Shown here piece after piece: positions 63,511 to 64,000 of a DNA stretch of 64,000 nucleotides. The translations under genes were made by a program, and so were the position numbers. Below the pieces are notes generated by a model, which was not told the origin of the DNA, searched no databases, and saw only the letters and a program-made list of their open reading frames with translations. Each line of letters opens with the position of its first letter. The first letter of the stretch is position 1. The stretch lies in IMG/VR virus record IMGVR_UViG_3300042519_001303, positions 22,771-86,770 of that record; one strand, written 5' to 3'. This DNA is from a virus.

Positions 63511-63932
63511 CCACCGTAGAGGTTTCAAAACCAGCAAGTAAGTACACTACAGTAACTAAAACCAATACAGTATCTACTGTTGATAAAAGTACTGGTTCTA
63601 ATGTGCTTGAAATACATGATCCTGGTGTAGCTGGGCCTCCTAATGTGTTAGCAGTAGGAACGGTTACTACTGGTGAAGCAGCGGTAAATATCACTGGTAT
63701 TGCACCTTCTCAAGTTCTTAATTTTGTACTACCTCTCTCAGGTAGCTATTCTCATACACAAAGCGTGTCATCAGCAACTTGGACAATAACTCATAATTTA
63801 GGTTACAGACCAGCAGTATCCGTCGTGGATAGCGGGGGTAACCATGTCATAGGTGATGTAAACTATATATCAACTAACTCTTTAACCATTTCATTTTCAT
63901 CCCCATTTGGGGGTTCGGCTTACTTATCGTGA
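63507..63932 (+). CDS. Tail-associated structural protein
   Basis: 'VGTVTTG..A.V....LNF.LP', 'W.ITHNLG..P.V.V.D'. Confidence 0.6.
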   Translation: MTTVEVSKPASKYTTVTKTNTVSTVDKSTGSNVLEIHDPGVAGPPNVLAVGTVTTGEAAVNITGIAPSQVLNFVLPLSGSYSHTQSVSSATWTITHNLGYRPAVSVVDSGGNHVIGDVNYISTNSLTISFSSPFGGSAYLS

Positions 63933-63938
63933 GGTATC

Positions 63939-64000
63939 ATGTCTAAGTTTTTAAATAATATTGATCTTAATGGCAATGAGTTGCGCAACGTCAAGTTGCA
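63939..64000 (+). CDS. Tail-fibre-like protein N-terminus (partial)
   Basis: GAGG RBS; MSKFLNNIDLNGNELRNVKL. Confidence 0.45.
   Translation, partial: MSKFLNNIDLNGNELRNVKL

Noticed and set aside
1-64000. Stop-codon reassignment
   Set aside because: Genes are full length in the standard code and all three stop codons are used

Overview
This window is a slice of a large lytic tailed dsDNA phage (Caudoviricetes) with a contractile-tail baseplate. Two WhiB genes point to an Actinomycetota host; Thr-rich surface proteins suggest freshwater Acidimicrobiia (inference). Layout: (1) 1-8816 (+) end of tape measure, baseplate genes and a small membrane protein. (2) 8911-10423 (-) small basic proteins and Dps. 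(3) 10515-25091 (+) replication/recombination: HTH initiator with internal iterons, DnaC-like loader, DnaB, primase, SNF2, SSB, PolA, RecA, two resolvase-like nucleases, Cas4-like exonuclease, SpoVS. (4) 25155-33825 (+) disordered low-complexity proteins. (5) 33852-39148 (+) WhiB, lytic transglycosylase, GT4. (6) 39253-53755 (-) probable early region: DNA glycosylase, HNH, WhiB, second SNF2, MoxR-VWA pair, two tRNAs and a ~430-480 nt highly structured non-coding RNA candidate. (7) 54035-64000 (+) second cluster of disordered proteins sharing peptide motifs with cluster 4, a GT2/GT2/methyltransferase/epimerase cassette, an atypical tRNA-Ile(UAU), membrane proteins and tail-associated genes. No integrase, terminase large subunit, portal, capsid or CRISPR array was recognised. 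Best novelty candidates: the large tRNA-linked structured RNA, the shared targeting-like motifs in the two disordered-protein clusters, and a thrice-repeated 37-38 bp element next to terminators. All product calls come from motif recognition by eye, with no database searches.
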